Positions 1-12,175 of a stretch of DNA of 62,000 nucleotides are shown piece after piece. Numbering within the stretch: the stretch's first letter is position 1; every line of letters starts with the position of its first letter. Source of the DNA: Vicugna vicugna (taxonomy: Eukaryota); the NCBI GenBank assembly GCA_013265495.1, contig MU058463.1:3205037-3267036 (forward strand), in the 5' to 3' direction. The translations under genes were made by a program, and so were the position numbers. A model generated the notes under the pieces. That model was not told the origin of the DNA, made no database searches, and saw only the letters and a list, made by a program, of their open reading frames with translations.

Positions 1-489
1 TCATTGATCCATTGTTTTTTCAATAACATATTGTTTAATCTCCATGCTTTTCTTTTTTTCTCCTTTGTTTCTCTGTTGTTGATTTCCAGTTTCATGGCAT
101 TGTGGTCAGTAAAGATGCTTGAGATAATTTCTATCTTCTTAAATTTGTTGAGGTTTCTTTTTTGTCCAAGTACATGATCGATCCTGGAAAATGTTCCATG
201 TGCACTTGAAAAGAATGTATATTCTATTTTGGGGGGGTGTAATGCTCTGAAAATATCCACCAAATCTAGTTTTTCTATTGTAGTATTTAATTTCTCTGTT
301 GCCTTGTTTATTTTCTGTCTGGAAGATCTGTCTAGTGATGTTAATGCAGTGTTAAAATCTCCAACTATGATTGTATTCCCATCAATATCGCCCTTTATCT
401 CTGTTAGTAATTCCTGTATGTACTTAGGTGCTCCTGTATTGGGTGCGTATATATTAACAAGTGTAATGTCTTCATCTTGTATCACTCCT
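1..489 (-). mobile_element. Young LINE-1, ORF2 endonuclease-domain segment, 5'-truncated, continuing beyond the left edge of the window
   Basis: Minus strand translates without a stop as GVIQDEDITLVNIYAPNTGAPKYIQELL...IIVGDFNTALTSLDRSSRQKINK...YTFFSSAHGTFSRIDHVLG...IISSIFTDHNAMKLEIN, with the L1 EN motifs IYAPN, GDFN, RIDH and (S/T)DH. A TTTT/AA endonuclease-type site at 495-500 sits next to the 5' junction. Confidence 0.97.
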
Positions 490-2464
490 CTTTCTTTTAA
501 ATAAATAAAATAAATAAATAAATAAATAAGCAAGTATTGAATGAATAAATGCCAAGTGAAGCCCCAATGTTCATGTCATCTGCAAAACTGGATTCTCCAA
601 AGTGTGTGCAACAGATAACATAGTAAATGCAGGAACTTCCTTATATTCAGTAGTTTTATGTTTAATCTGAAAATCCTAGCTTTAGAAGACACCTCCAGCA
701 AGTAAGGTCAACTGATTCATATTTGATTGTCAGAGTTTCACTCACATCTAGATCTGCATGCCCTCATTTATAAATAACCCAAAATATTCACAACCAATAT
801 TCTTGTGTTTCATATTGCCTAAAAATCCATTTAACAAAGTGAATCCACTTATAGTCTTAGAAAGTTTACTAGAACTATTTTACTATTAAAGGAGACAATT
901 TTGATACAAAATTGCCATAACTACATTTAGTTTGTGCCTCAGTATTCAAACAGTAAACTATAGAATGATTGCAGAATGGTGGTTGTTCATATAACAGTCC
1001 AGAACATTCTATGAGTTTTCTACTTTCTGGAAAGTTAATAGATACAGTTTTAAGCAAAATGTCAAATCAAATCACAATGCATAACTACTAAGCTTTCCTC
1101 ATGTGTCTTTAGTGCATCAAATACTAGATAGAGGAAGAAGTATTTCCTTTCTAGGTCCAAGCAGATCAAAAAGGTTCTGGAGAAAAGAAAGTGGACGGGT
1201 AACCCACGAGACTCTGTACTTTTGAGGCTTCCATCTGACTAATTCTCATTTAGGGATTAAAGTGTCACCCCTCAGAGACAGCTCTGAGGTGACATCACAT
1301 GAGCACCGCTTCTCACGAAGAGCATCTATAAGTGGAAGAGGTGCCAAGGTACGTTCTGCCTCTCGACATCTGGACGAGCCTTCTTTGTTTATTGAATTTT
1401 TTTTTACATCATTTAATAGTGAAGCCAAGTTGTATTTTTGACTGGAGATACCTCTCTTTTGGAGAATACCATTGATTTAATGAAGACACACTCACAAGTG
1501 TTCTACAGCTGAAATTTCACTTACCTTTTAGCTTGAGGCCATTGGTTTAGGTCCAAGTTGACAATTTCAGCTTGTTAAGTCCCTGATAGACAGACATCCA
1601 CAACATAAACCTATTATACATAATCTTGTAATTTTAGCAGTCTGTGCACTGGAGAGCCTGAAAAGGACACTAATGCAGAATACATTATTCTGAACAAAAG
1701 ACAAGAGGGAGAGTAGGAAGGATGGAAAAACACCTCAAGAGCAGCACAAAAAAACACAAGAATCTGGTATCTCTCTCACACAATTAGAATACTTTCTTTT
1801 GAATATTGATATCATTTTAATTAAAATAAAGAAGAAAACTACTTTAGTTCTAATTTTACACCATAAATATTTAAAATATAAATAGTCTATACATTGCATA
1901 CACACTTATTTCTATGTGAACTGATGGAAAATTATACCACATAAATAGAAGTATCATTTTATGTGAATAACATTTGTCAATAACACACAAATAAACTAAA
2001 TTATAGACAGGAGGAAATTATAAATTTAATTCCAAATGTAACTGTAAAATTAATGAAATGCTAAAAGTAGAAAAGTAAGTTTTTAAAAATAAATTCATTG
2101 TAGATTTATCAATAAATTTGTATCACATTTTGCAAAATGAGGAAGACATATATTTCCTATTTTAAAAATCTAGAAATCACATCAAAATAGGGACCTGAAA
2201 TTAATGATTTTTATTCTTTAGCAAAATATTTAATGGAGAACCAAACAACATTTCATTTCTAGGAATTATTAAGTCTAGATCAATCCTCTGGTACAAGATA
2301 CTTACTGGCTTTGATCATAAGAAACAGCGATTACCAATCATCAGAGAAACTGTTGACACACAACTTCATTTCACACCCTGTGCTGAGATTTGACTGAGAG
2401 GTCCAACGAAAACAGTGCTGCAGTCCTAACTGTGAACTAGTTTACCTCCAACCACAAGCTGGAG

Positions 2465-2530
2465 ATGGCTTTGGGCAAATGACTCAACCTCCCCTCACTG
2501 GGCCTCAGTCTCTTTATCAATCACATGCAA
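2465..2530 (+). mobile_element. MIR SINE core fragment
   Basis: ttgggcaaatgactcaacctcccctcactgggcctcagtctctttatc resembles the MIR core (ttgggcaagtcacttaacctctctgggcctcagtttcctcatc). Confidence 0.7.
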
Positions 2531-3034
2531 ACTTCATACACCATAATGGAAATGAAACAGCTGGAGAGGCTGCCAGTGCTGCCCCATAGAGGGCAGAGGG
2601 TCCACTGGAGCCCAGGTTCTCCTGAGCATAGTGGGAAGCTATTCTTTACTAAACGTTTTCTCCTTCCTTCCTCTGCTTCATTCTCAAACTTCCCTCCACA
2701 GCTTCTCTCCAGACACACAGCTTTACCTGCAGAATGATCTTTACCTGTAGAATGACCCAGCAGGGGAACCCGAGAACTTTCTTACCACCTTGCAGATCTA
2801 GGAGACTAAGATACAATTGCAATCTTTCTAACTCTTGTAGACTTAATTTCCCTTATAGCAATAGTTTTCCACCCATTTATCATTCTCCTTAATAACGGAT
2901 GTAAAACAAGAAACGGGGACTAGCTAATGACAAATTCACTAGTCGCCTTTTCAGATGGTGCCTTTTCCAGGACCCCCTATTGTAATGTGTATGATCTCCC
3001 CCTTTAAGCCTGATGCACCATTCCCCGATTGGCA

Positions 3035-3530
3035 AAGGCCCCTCCAAGGCCACAGCTCAAACCTTACTTTCTGGGTCATTTCTTCCTAGGCCTCCCCAAG
3101 TAGAGTGAGCTGTTCTGTCCTTACTGAATCCAGGTATGGACCTGGAGGACTTTTCCAACCCTCTATCCCATATGAGTAGTTTATCATTTATGTTGATACA
3201 TCCAACACCTGTAAAGACTTGATACAAAGGAGAGATCTCAAAACACCTTTTGAGAGTAATATTGAGTAACTAACATTCAATATGGATTCTTCGAATAAAT
3301 GAATGCTTCATACTCAATACAACTTGCTTATAGAAAGCAGAATTTTTTTTTCCTTGAAGACTTATGATTAGTAACTGAGAAAGCACTTTCTGAAGACATT
3401 TACATAAATTATCTCTATGTCCCACTATACTGTAAGATCCGGAGACCAGCCACCATCTCTTTTGCTCACTAGGAAAGCCTTAGTATATACAAACATGTTC
3501 TGTAATGACTAATCACAATAGATTAAATGA
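3035..3530 (+). mobile_element. Degraded L2 fragments (3' region)
   Basis: ccctccaaggccacagctcaaa, cccactatactgtaagatcc and gaataaatgaatg resemble L2 3' consensus pieces. Confidence 0.5.
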
Positions 3531-3686
3531 AAGTCCTTATATCCTTAAGTGCGAACTACATGTTTATTACTGAGTTTTAGAAACCTATGGTCAAATACAC
3601 ACACAGACCAGTCTAAAAGAACAACGTAATTAATTTAGCCTTAAGCACAAAGATGCTAAAGATCCTTCACTAAAGGAGAGAGGTGC

Positions 3687-4056
3687 TGGAATGGTCAGTA
3701 TGATGTGTCAACTTGGCCAAGCTATAGGTAACCAGTTATTCAATCAAACCTTAATCTAGACGTTATTCTGAAGGCATTTTATAGATATGATTAGCATCTA
3801 TCATTAAAATCGGCTTTATGTAAAGAAGATTATCCTGGAAAATCTGGGTAGACCTGATGCAATCAGTTGAAAGGCCTTAGGAACAAAACTGAGATTTTAG
3901 CTCCTGCCTAAGTTTCCAGTCTGCCCTTCCAGATGTCCTTACCTACAGATTTCAGACCAGCCTCACCACAGCTGTGTGAACCAGTTCCTTGTAATAAATC
4001 TCTTTGCATATATATCCAACTGATTCTGTTTCCCTGGTGGAACCCTGACGGATACA
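3687..4056 (+). mobile_element. MLT2-type (ERVL) solo LTR, MLT2D-like
   Basis: Begins atggtcagtatgatgtgtcaacttggccaagctataggtaaccagttattcaatcaaac, contains AATAAA near 3993 and ends tctgtttccctggtggaaccctgacggataca. Possible 5-bp TSD gaggt at 3680-3684 and 4057-4061. Confidence 0.9.
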
Positions 4057-5388
4057 GAGGTATTGTCCATTGATTTTGACAAAATTTATTAGATCAGAAT
4101 TTCATGCGCTAATTCCTCAGAGCCATTAAATGAAAGCTTTGCTTTTTCCTTCACTTCCCACCCCGTGGAGGAAGCCCCTTATTTAGTCTTCCAGTTAAGA
4201 GAACACTTAGAAGCCTTTTTCAAAAGTTCTTTGCTGGTCTCTGTGTGTCCCTATGTGTAAATCTACATTCTCTCTTCCTTGTTGACTAGAAGACAGTAAT
4301 GATAGCTTTGGTAGTTTCTATCTGTAAAAATTTGTACTGAAGAATTAAGAAACCTAAGCATTTTGAGAAGGTAGTCACAGTTGAGAAGTAAGCTCCTGTT
4401 ATGCCATGCCCTTAACTCTTACAACCCTTGTGTTGTTGCTATGAGTAAGCTTTTATTTTTAATTTCTACTCATCCTTGCTGTTTCTTCAGTAAATTTCAG
4501 AGAACCTGCTTTTAATGGCAGAGTTATTACCCTGGCATTATATTGACACTGCTAAATGATGATTTAAGTGATGTCTGTGGTTTGAGAAACTTTCAGGAGA
4601 GGAATTCTTAATGCCTCTCCATCTGACTGCAAAACCCCAAGTGGAGCTAAGTATCAGAGTGAAACAAGCTCAGAGAATTCCTTTCCTAAAGAGGTTGTCC
4701 TTCTTCTACAGAACTCGCAGACTCTCTTTCAAAATCCAACTTTGGTACAACTACCAGATGTGAGTAAGCATCTCATTCAACACAGCAACAAAAACAAACA
4801 CACTGAGAAGTGGTTTAGTTGATTATAATTCATCACTGCATAGAGTCCAAAGACTCTAATTTGCCTCACTGTCACCTTCATCGATCAGAAATTATGATTA
4901 TTATGCTTCTGTTTTGCTTGTTTTCCTATGATTTCTAAGTAAGTTTTGTTTTTGCTAGAGGAGGTCATTCAATATTCATTAAGCATGTTAAAATTTGAAG
5001 GGACTCATCATTTTATAAACTCTGGTGGGAGAATCGTGTCAAACTTGTTGAACATTACAATAATTTATCACGTTGGGTAGTGCCCAAAAACAATAAAATC
5101 ACTAATCAGTTGTTGAAATGGTGAATGCCGTGGAGAACAACCCATTAGGCACAAATTGAACCATCGGTACATCCCAATCCCTGCTTAATTGGACGGAAGT
5201 TGTTTGAATTTATACAACTTTCATATTTACCTTTTCTCTGAAAGAGAAATCCTCTTCCCTATTTACAAGACTTTATTGCTATCATCTGCAGAAATACCCA
5301 AATTTTATTCTGAGAAATACTTCACATTGGAACAGTTGATGCCAAAAATGTTAGGCAACACTAAAAGTTTTTAGATTTTAAATGAGGT

Positions 5389-5492
5389 GGGGGAGGGTAA
5401 TAGCTCAGTGGTAGAGCATATGCTTAGCACACCCGAGGTCCTGGGTTCTATTCCCAGTATCTCCATTTAAAGAAAAGAAAAGAAAAGAAGAG
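5389..5492 (+). mobile_element. Vic-1-type camelid tRNA-derived SINE
   Basis: gggggagggtaatagctcagtggtagagc (A box) ... gaggtcctgggttctattcccagtatctcca (B box), followed by an A-rich (aaaag)n tail. Confidence 0.92.
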
Positions 5493-5534
5493 AATTGATG
5501 AGAAAAGGATAAATTATACATGGTGAGATGGCGT

Positions 5535-5670
5535 TTTTAATAGCAGACCTTCTCGGAGTCTCTAACATGCTACTGTGCATCTAAGTCTCTAAGAGTGGTC
5601 TAGGGTTGACAGATTTTTTCCAATTATTTAACCACAGATCTCTATCCCTAACAGGGTTTGAGAGATGCTG
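5535..5670. mobile_element. hAT-Charlie DNA transposon fragment (Charlie4z-like)
   Basis: aacatgctactgtgcatctaagtctctaagag ... ttccaattatttaaccacag ... gtttgagagatgctg; similar to the copy at about 41693-41932. Confidence 0.5.
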
Positions 5671-5994
5671 ATCCATAGGAATCAAATCCATAGTTTCTTG
5701 TTGACTTCTGAGTCTGTTACTTTTGCTTCAAAATTAACTTCAGCTACTTTCTTACAGTTTCTCCATTGGAGAAGATTGGCCAAACCCTGGTTCCTCAAAC
5801 CCAACACCTGTGTTGCCAATTTTAAGTCTCTGTAGGTGTTTATCTCTAGCCTGAAAGTCTTCTCTTTTCTCTACTTACCAAAATCTAATATGCTTGCAAG
5901 AGCTATCTGCTTTCTGATTTCCTCTAGAGACTGATATTTGTGACATGCTTAATTTTAGTCATATCTTGGTTTTTATTATTTTTCAACTTGAGGG

Positions 5995-6140
5995 TATGTG
6001 TGTTTCCTAATAAGACAGTTAATTCTTTGAGGCCAGGGACCATATGCTTATATTTTCTTTGGAATTCTACCTGAATGTGATACAAAATTTTTATGAATAC
6101 AGCCATCATTTAGTTTCTTCGTGAATGATTAGATGAACAC
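5995..6140 (+). mobile_element. L2 3' end fragment
   Basis: taagacagttaattctttgaggccagggaccatatgcttatatt ... gtgaatgattagatgaa. Confidence 0.6.
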
Positions 6141-6782
6141 TTGAACATAGATACTGAGAGTCTCAGACATGTTTCTTTAGTTTAAATTATTTTAATTTGC
6201 TGTCTACTCAGAAGGTAACTTATTATTCCTTACTACCTAGTTTAATTGCTTCTTCTTTCTTAGAAACTAAGAAAGAGAATTTAGAAAGAATTTCAAAGAC
6301 GCCAAGGAAGAGCTAAGTCTAAAACCACACATTTAAACATGAAAGAAAAGAAAACAAATTTATCTTTTCATGTGTAATCTAATCCACATTGGGTTTCAAA
6401 TGGCTTTAATTCCTCTTTACTCTCATGAAATGGTCCCCCAAAGTAGGAAATCTATCAACACAACAGAATAGACATCGATGTGGGAAGTATTTGTTAATTC
6501 TGTCTATATAATGACGACTAACAATTGAAATTACAGAACAAAATCCTTTTCTGCTAAAAGAGTACTTGGAAGTGAATCTGTAAAAATAAGTAACAGTACA
6601 GATCGGTGTAGAAGGAATGTTGAACTAATGTTAGAAACTGAATGCTGTCCCTTCTGATTTAGCTCAGTGATCCTAGGCAAGCAAGAGGGCTGTGGAGGAC
6701 CAAGTCCCTTTATGACCCCCAAAATTGGTTTCAATGCTAAAATTCTCTGACTTAATGAATAAAAGGAATTGTTGCTTCTACT

Positions 6783-7106
6783 CGTTAGAGGCTACATGCA
6801 CGTATACTTTCAAAAACGATTATACTAACATCGAAAAACAGGAGGAAAATTAACCTTTCCAGTCTGATTGTAGCATGCAATAGTGGATGAAATCGGCACG
6901 TGGGATAGCAAATTGCTCTTCTTACCACCTCTAAGCCGCAGGGACATGCAGTCAGTAACCCAGTGGCAGGCACGTCCACATCTGGTCACGTGGCTGCAGA
7001 AAAGGAAAGCAAGATTGTATTTCACAAAATACCTACCTGAAAGTGCGGAGTTCGAGTCTCCCTGGCCGCGTTCCTATCTCCATTTATAAATGAACCCTAA
7101 TTAGCG
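6783..7106. promoter_or_regulatory. Candidate enhancer/promoter: small CpG-enriched patch with an E-box/HRE cluster
   Basis: 14 CpGs in about 325 bp against a CpG-depleted background. CACGT at 6799 and 6971, CACGTG at 6897 and 6987, and a palindromic TATA-like catttataaatg at 7081-7092. Confidence 0.5.
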
Positions 7107-7482
7107 CTGCTTTGAATTTCACCATTCTTAAACCTTTTACATGGACACAAACGAATTGTGGCTTTTTTTATTATTATTTTAAAATAAACCTTTCATATGT
7201 GTTTTTTAAAGATCAGCCTGTAGTGTGATCTCCAAGATCAAGGCAAAACCCCACACTCCCCCCTAGTGATCAAAGTTTGACGACCTCCAAATAACAGAAA
7301 ACACAATAAGTGGACTTTAGATCACAAGAACAAAAGAATGCCCAGAAGCTACACAAGTCACGGCTGGTGTTCTTTACTTAGGATCCTTTTTATGATAGAA
7401 GAATAAAGCACAGGCTGTCAAGAGGCAGCAACTTCCAATTCCTTGGTCTGAAGCCTCCGTCTGAGTAACCAAACAAATAGCT

Positions 7483-7508
7483 TATATATATATATATATA
7501 TATATATA
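7483..7508. repeat. (TA)13 microsatellite
   Basis: Read directly from the sequence. Confidence 0.97.
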
Positions 7509-8429
7509 CACTCAGGAGGAAAGATATAAAACCACAGAGGGTGGGGCAAGCCTCAAGAAATAAGATTTGAAGAAGAACATAAAACAAGGTCAGAAGCAGA
7601 AATTTAAACTTGAAATTAGTAATCATGTAGCTCGCACAATTCAGCTGTGCTGAAGAACTTCAAAGTCCATGGGAAAGGGTTACTTTAATAATTCTTTGTT
7701 TCAGTGATATAGATAGGACTTTTTATAATAATGTGATTTGTGAATTACGAGTCCTTTGTTCTTTTATTTGAAAAGTTGTTATTTCATTTCCGGAATAACA
7801 TGGTTACTGCAGATGAAGACAGTATTCATGGGAGTCCGTCAGCCTCTGACAGATATGCCAAAATATTCTGCAAATTTTAAAAACATTTATCGATTTAAAA
7901 TATGCTAATTTAGAATGAGTGATTTCTTACTTATACAACGTTTAGACTTCAATTTATCTCTGCCTGAAATTAGTAACACAAACAGGGAAATTCTTGTTTG
8001 ACTGAAAAAAGTACTTTTTTAGAAAGAACTTTAAAATTGCTATTAACAAACAACTGGACTATATCATTTTAATTTTTTTCATGAAAGTATGTCTGTTTGA
8101 CAAAATCTTACACTTCTTGAACATGATTTTAGTTACGTTTCTCACTACTACCATCATCACGGACATGACCTGCTCTCTGTAATGACAGAAAGACATCAGA
8201 ATGTTCAAGTCCTGATGGTTACGAAATCTAGGCAGGGTCTTCCACGGTCCAAATGTGGTTCCCCTCTGGTCCATCTTGCACAGTTCTGACATTTTCCTCT
8301 CCCCCAAGGGCAACTTATCTAATATCACTCTCCGATTCGTCAGCATTCAGCATTGTATATAAAATAAATTATAAAAGCTGGCGATGGCAGGTGACACATT
8401 TCTCCCCCTGCTCTCCCAACAACTCTGAA

Positions 8430-8826
8430 AAGCCGGTAAGACCTGCTCATCATTTCCCAAGTGGTCTGTACTCTCTCCACATGCTTTCTTTGACTCATCT
8501 CTCCATCGGAAATACAGAACTTTTGAATTCTTACTCATCTATTAAGGCTTATATGTCTTTTATTCCAGAAAACCTTTCAAGCTCTTCCCCCTTCTCCAGC
8601 CCCCTCATGCCCCCATATCATCTTCCTGCTCGGTCTTCTCATCACATTATGTTTGTCCTTCAAGTGTCTCCCACAGCTGGCTTGTGGATGAGCTTCTTGG
8701 TGAAGGATGAATATCTCGAGGGCAAAGTTCCAGGTCTAGTTCACTTAGCATCTTCGGATACCTGGGACCTGGGACGGACCCTAGTCTCAGTGCCTTCCAA
8801 CGCATTGGTATCAAATTGAATTAAAT
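8430..8826 (+). mobile_element. L2 3' region (accounts for most of the 188-aa ORF)
   Basis: aattcttactcatctattaaggcttat ... ccagaaaacctttc ... tctcgagggcaaagttccaggtctagttcacttagcatc ... aattgaattaaat follows L2 3' architecture. Confidence 0.6.
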
Positions 8827-9702
8827 AGAAAATATTTCATTCCATTAGTTTCAAAATATTGCCATGAACTTCTAGAATCATATACTGAGCATTTTAAACT
8901 AAAGGCATTAACTGGTGATACCAAACAAAAAAGCCTGCCCATCCCAAATTCTGTTGTAGGTACTGATGATCAAATAGGAAGAAAAAAAAAGATCCATTTT
9001 TTATCCTTTTAAAGAAAAATCATTATATTTAAATGATACAATAAGTCCTTCCAGTGAAAGAGACAATATAAGTAAATTATTGGTGTTTTGTCTTTCTCTT
9101 TTTCAAAAATAAAAAAAGAAAGCGAAAAGGAGCTCAGATGAGTAATCTGATCCTGCTTTGGAAGCAGTTTAAGAGTTTTTCAGAACAAGGCTCTCTATAA
9201 ATCTGACATTATTATTGTTATTTTATCCCCTTATGAACTTTCTTGTGCTCACATTGAAATATTCAAGACGCTAATGGCATGCCACTGAAATGAAAATGTA
9301 TCCAGGGACCAGCCTTCCATTCTGAGCTCTTCTAACAGAAAACTGCTCTCTTCTTACTGAAATATGGGCACCTGGAGTGTGGAGGTAGAAGACCAGCAAA
9401 CACTTAGGTCTTCTCAACAGGGTTATAATACAAGGTAAGGTGAAACCAGAAGTGAGAGCTAGACGCATTTTCAGCCTCTGTTCTAAAGTGTCAACTACAA
9501 AAATCTCTTGGGAATAATGAGAATTATATGCATAACCACCTGAAAATACAAATTAATAATAAGTGCTGAATTGTAAAAACAGTAAATTGTAAAAAACCCA
9601 TCAGTAAGCATGTATGGAAACCATAGTGCTTTTAAAAGTGAAGCGGTAATTCTTTTCTAATAAATCTTTTGCTTGCAACGGGCAGATGGGAATTGCTTTC
9701 TG

Positions 9703-9746
9703 TATATATATATATAATATATATATATATATTATATATATATATA
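9703..9746. repeat. Imperfect (TA)n microsatellite
   Basis: Read directly from the sequence. Confidence 0.9.
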
Positions 9747-10279
9747 AAATGTTCATGGCTGCTACTTTTTTTCTGACACTTGAAATCATGTGCTTATGTA
9801 AAATAAATATTTATGTATATTCACACACATTTTAAATCAGCATATTTTATTAAAGATATCATTTTTCTTTGGGATTTATACAGGATGCTAGGTATCTTTT
9901 CATGTAAAAAAAATATAATTTTAACATTTATAGCAAGTTCAATGCAGATGTCTAACTATCCCTTCCCTCCAGCAAAAATTCACTGAAATTGGTTATTGAA
10001 TCCCATATTTTTACTGACGTGAAAATTTTAGATTAAAATAATTCATTTACACTTACAACATGAATTCATTTATAAATAAACTATACTTTTTACCATAAAA
10101 TTCAGAGTACCTTAACCTGTATCACCTGAGGCAGAAAAAAATCTAAGTTCTGTATAAAACATAGGTCTCATCCCATAAGGATGATATAAATTTACACAGT
10201 TTCTCCAAAAAAGCATAATATTTGAATATATACTATTGTTCTTGTTGTTGTTATTATTATTTATTATTATTATTATTGT

Positions 10280-10540
10280 CACCATTGATGTTTACTCCAT
10301 AATAACTATATCTTACATTTATACAATACTTTATGATTTAAAAATTTCATGTACATTTTTTCATATTTTCTTTACAAGTTCACTTAAAAATAGACAGTGT
10401 AAGAATTCTTAGTTTCATTTTACAGCTAAGCAAGTCAAACTTAAAAGAGGTGTGAAACTTGCCCAAATTTGCTATGAGAGTGGCAGAACCGGGGTTTGAA
10501 CTTAGCTCTTCTGATACCTCATTCTGTGATTTACTCACCT
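10280..10540 (-). mobile_element. MIR SINE
   Basis: cattttacagctaagcaagtcaaac ... aacttgcccaaatttgc ... gtggcagaaccggggtttgaacttagctcttctga is the reverse MIR core. Confidence 0.8.
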
Positions 10541-10722
10541 TTTCCCCGCATCTCCACACTGATTGGTATAGAGAAATTAATTACCTCTTTTTCTAATGGG
10601 AAAGCAGCACATAGCTCTCTTAAGAGTAGATTTCTCAGTCTTCCTTCCCAGAGTGAACATTTATGCCAAATCATATTATCATCAATTAGGTGTAGTTTAG
10701 ACCCCTGTTTCACACTAGGAAT

Positions 10723-10872
10723 CAGGACTGTCCTCACGGACCTATGACCTGCATGGTTGCACAGTGCACCTGCCCTTGAGTCAATGCTCTCCTGTTAGAG
10801 TTTTCATTTTTAGTAATGTTTGAACATTTACTACATTTTGCACTGGGCCCCCAAATAATGTAATTTGTCCTG
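10723..10872. mobile_element. MER91-like hAT-Tip100 DNA transposon
   Basis: Termini caggac ... gtcctg; internal gacctgcatggttgcacagtgc, aatgctctcctgt and cattttgcactgggcccccaaataatgta match MER91A as recalled. Degenerate 8-bp flanks ctaggaat / ccaagaag. Confidence 0.8.
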
Positions 10873-11619
10873 CCAAGAAGCAGTCATCCATTTTCCTAAA
10901 CCAAAAGTGAAACAAAATAGAAAACAACCAAATGACAACCCTAACCCTAAAATGTATGGATGATCTCTATGGTTATTTTCCATCACCAAATTGATAGGAA
11001 GGCTAGAAGAATATTTCTACGTATGATGCAGGTTTGCCATCTGTCCCTAGGAACACAAGAAAACCACTTGAGAAAAAGTTTTTCCCCTCAATTCATTATG
11101 GATGCCTTAAGTTTCCTTGGATATTCATGACCAAGTTGAGACCATAAAGAAAACTGGCTGTCACCATAACATTATAAACCTATGATTTGACCTTAATTTT
11201 GATGTATTTGTGACCACTTTTTATCCTCCACATTGTAGAAGAGGCTTGTTTGTTGCTTTTTGATGCTGTAAATTGTCATTTGTTGTGTCATTTTGAATAT
11301 CATTTTTTGCTCTACCACCCTGAATGTACCCGATCTAGTCTGAACATCATTTTGTGATTTGGGTAAATTTATGTTTGTTTGTTTCTTGGCTATTATCATG
11401 TCTGGACAACTCAAAGTAGAGAGAACACTAAATTCCTGTAAAATGATGGACCGTTTCAGTATCATTTCTATTTACCCAATCATAGTTTTAATTCATGAGC
11501 TCTTTCTCCCCATCTGGGGCTTCCTAAGTATCTTCAGATTTATGTAAAATTTTCAGTGATATTTTATTTTGTACAGTAACCTTATTTAATGGCTTTCAGG
11601 TCATTGAAATACATGCTCT

Positions 11620-11935
11620 CTTGTACCTATCCTTCCCTGTCCTGCCCCAGGAATCCTTATCTCTTTCATCAACTTCCACATGTTTTTCAGATCTAAGCTC
11701 AGTTAAGATATTGTCACCCCTAAAAGGCCATCCTTGACATCGAGGACCAGATTAGGTGTGTTTAAGCGCCCCGCGCTCTCTCCTGTCATTGTACTAACCA
11801 CACTGCATTTAATTGTTTGTTTATCTTTCTTCCTACATAAACTCATTCAACTTTGCATCTTTAAAAGCCAACTATCTTACCTTGCCGGATAGTAAGTGTA
11901 TTTCAGAACACAGCTGGTGAATAGCTGAATATATG
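11620..11935 (+). mobile_element. L2 3' fragment
   Basis: ttttcagatctaagctcagttaagatattgtcacc ... accacactgcatttaattgtttgtttatct ... gatagtaagtg. Confidence 0.65.
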
Positions 11936-12061
11936 ATGTGGGTATGATGAGTAAATGAATCTTTAAAACACTTCCCAGAAAACTGGTCCATTGCTCACCA
12001 GATGATACTGTCCGAGTAGGAATGAAACATCAACCCTATTCCTGGTTTTGACTCAACTATC

Positions 12062-12175
12062 TGTTCATTCATTATTAATTTATCCAAAATTTTTCGATTA
12101 GGCACCTACTGTGTGCTGAGTATGCTGCTGAACACTGAATTCACGAGGCATGAGCCCTACCCTGGGATACTTCAA
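12062..12175 (-). mobile_element. L2 3' end fragment
   Basis: tcattcatt ... ggcacctactgtgtgctgagtatgctgctgaacactg ... ccctaccctggga. Confidence 0.7.

Noticed and set aside
229..504. 91-aa plus-strand ORF
   Set aside because: It is the antisense frame of the L1 ORF2 segment.
5389..5465. tRNA-like sequence
   Set aside because: It is a SINE head with an A-rich tail and lacks a proper acceptor stem, so it is not a tRNA gene.
7255..7269. Second CTCF-like motif (minus strand tcactaggggggagt)
   Set aside because: It mismatches the conserved GGC position, so it is too weak to call.
8253..8819. 188-aa ORF, the longest in the track
   Set aside because: It largely overlaps a decayed L2, has a Ser/Pro/Leu-rich composition typical of pyrimidine-rich repeat DNA, and shows no domain.
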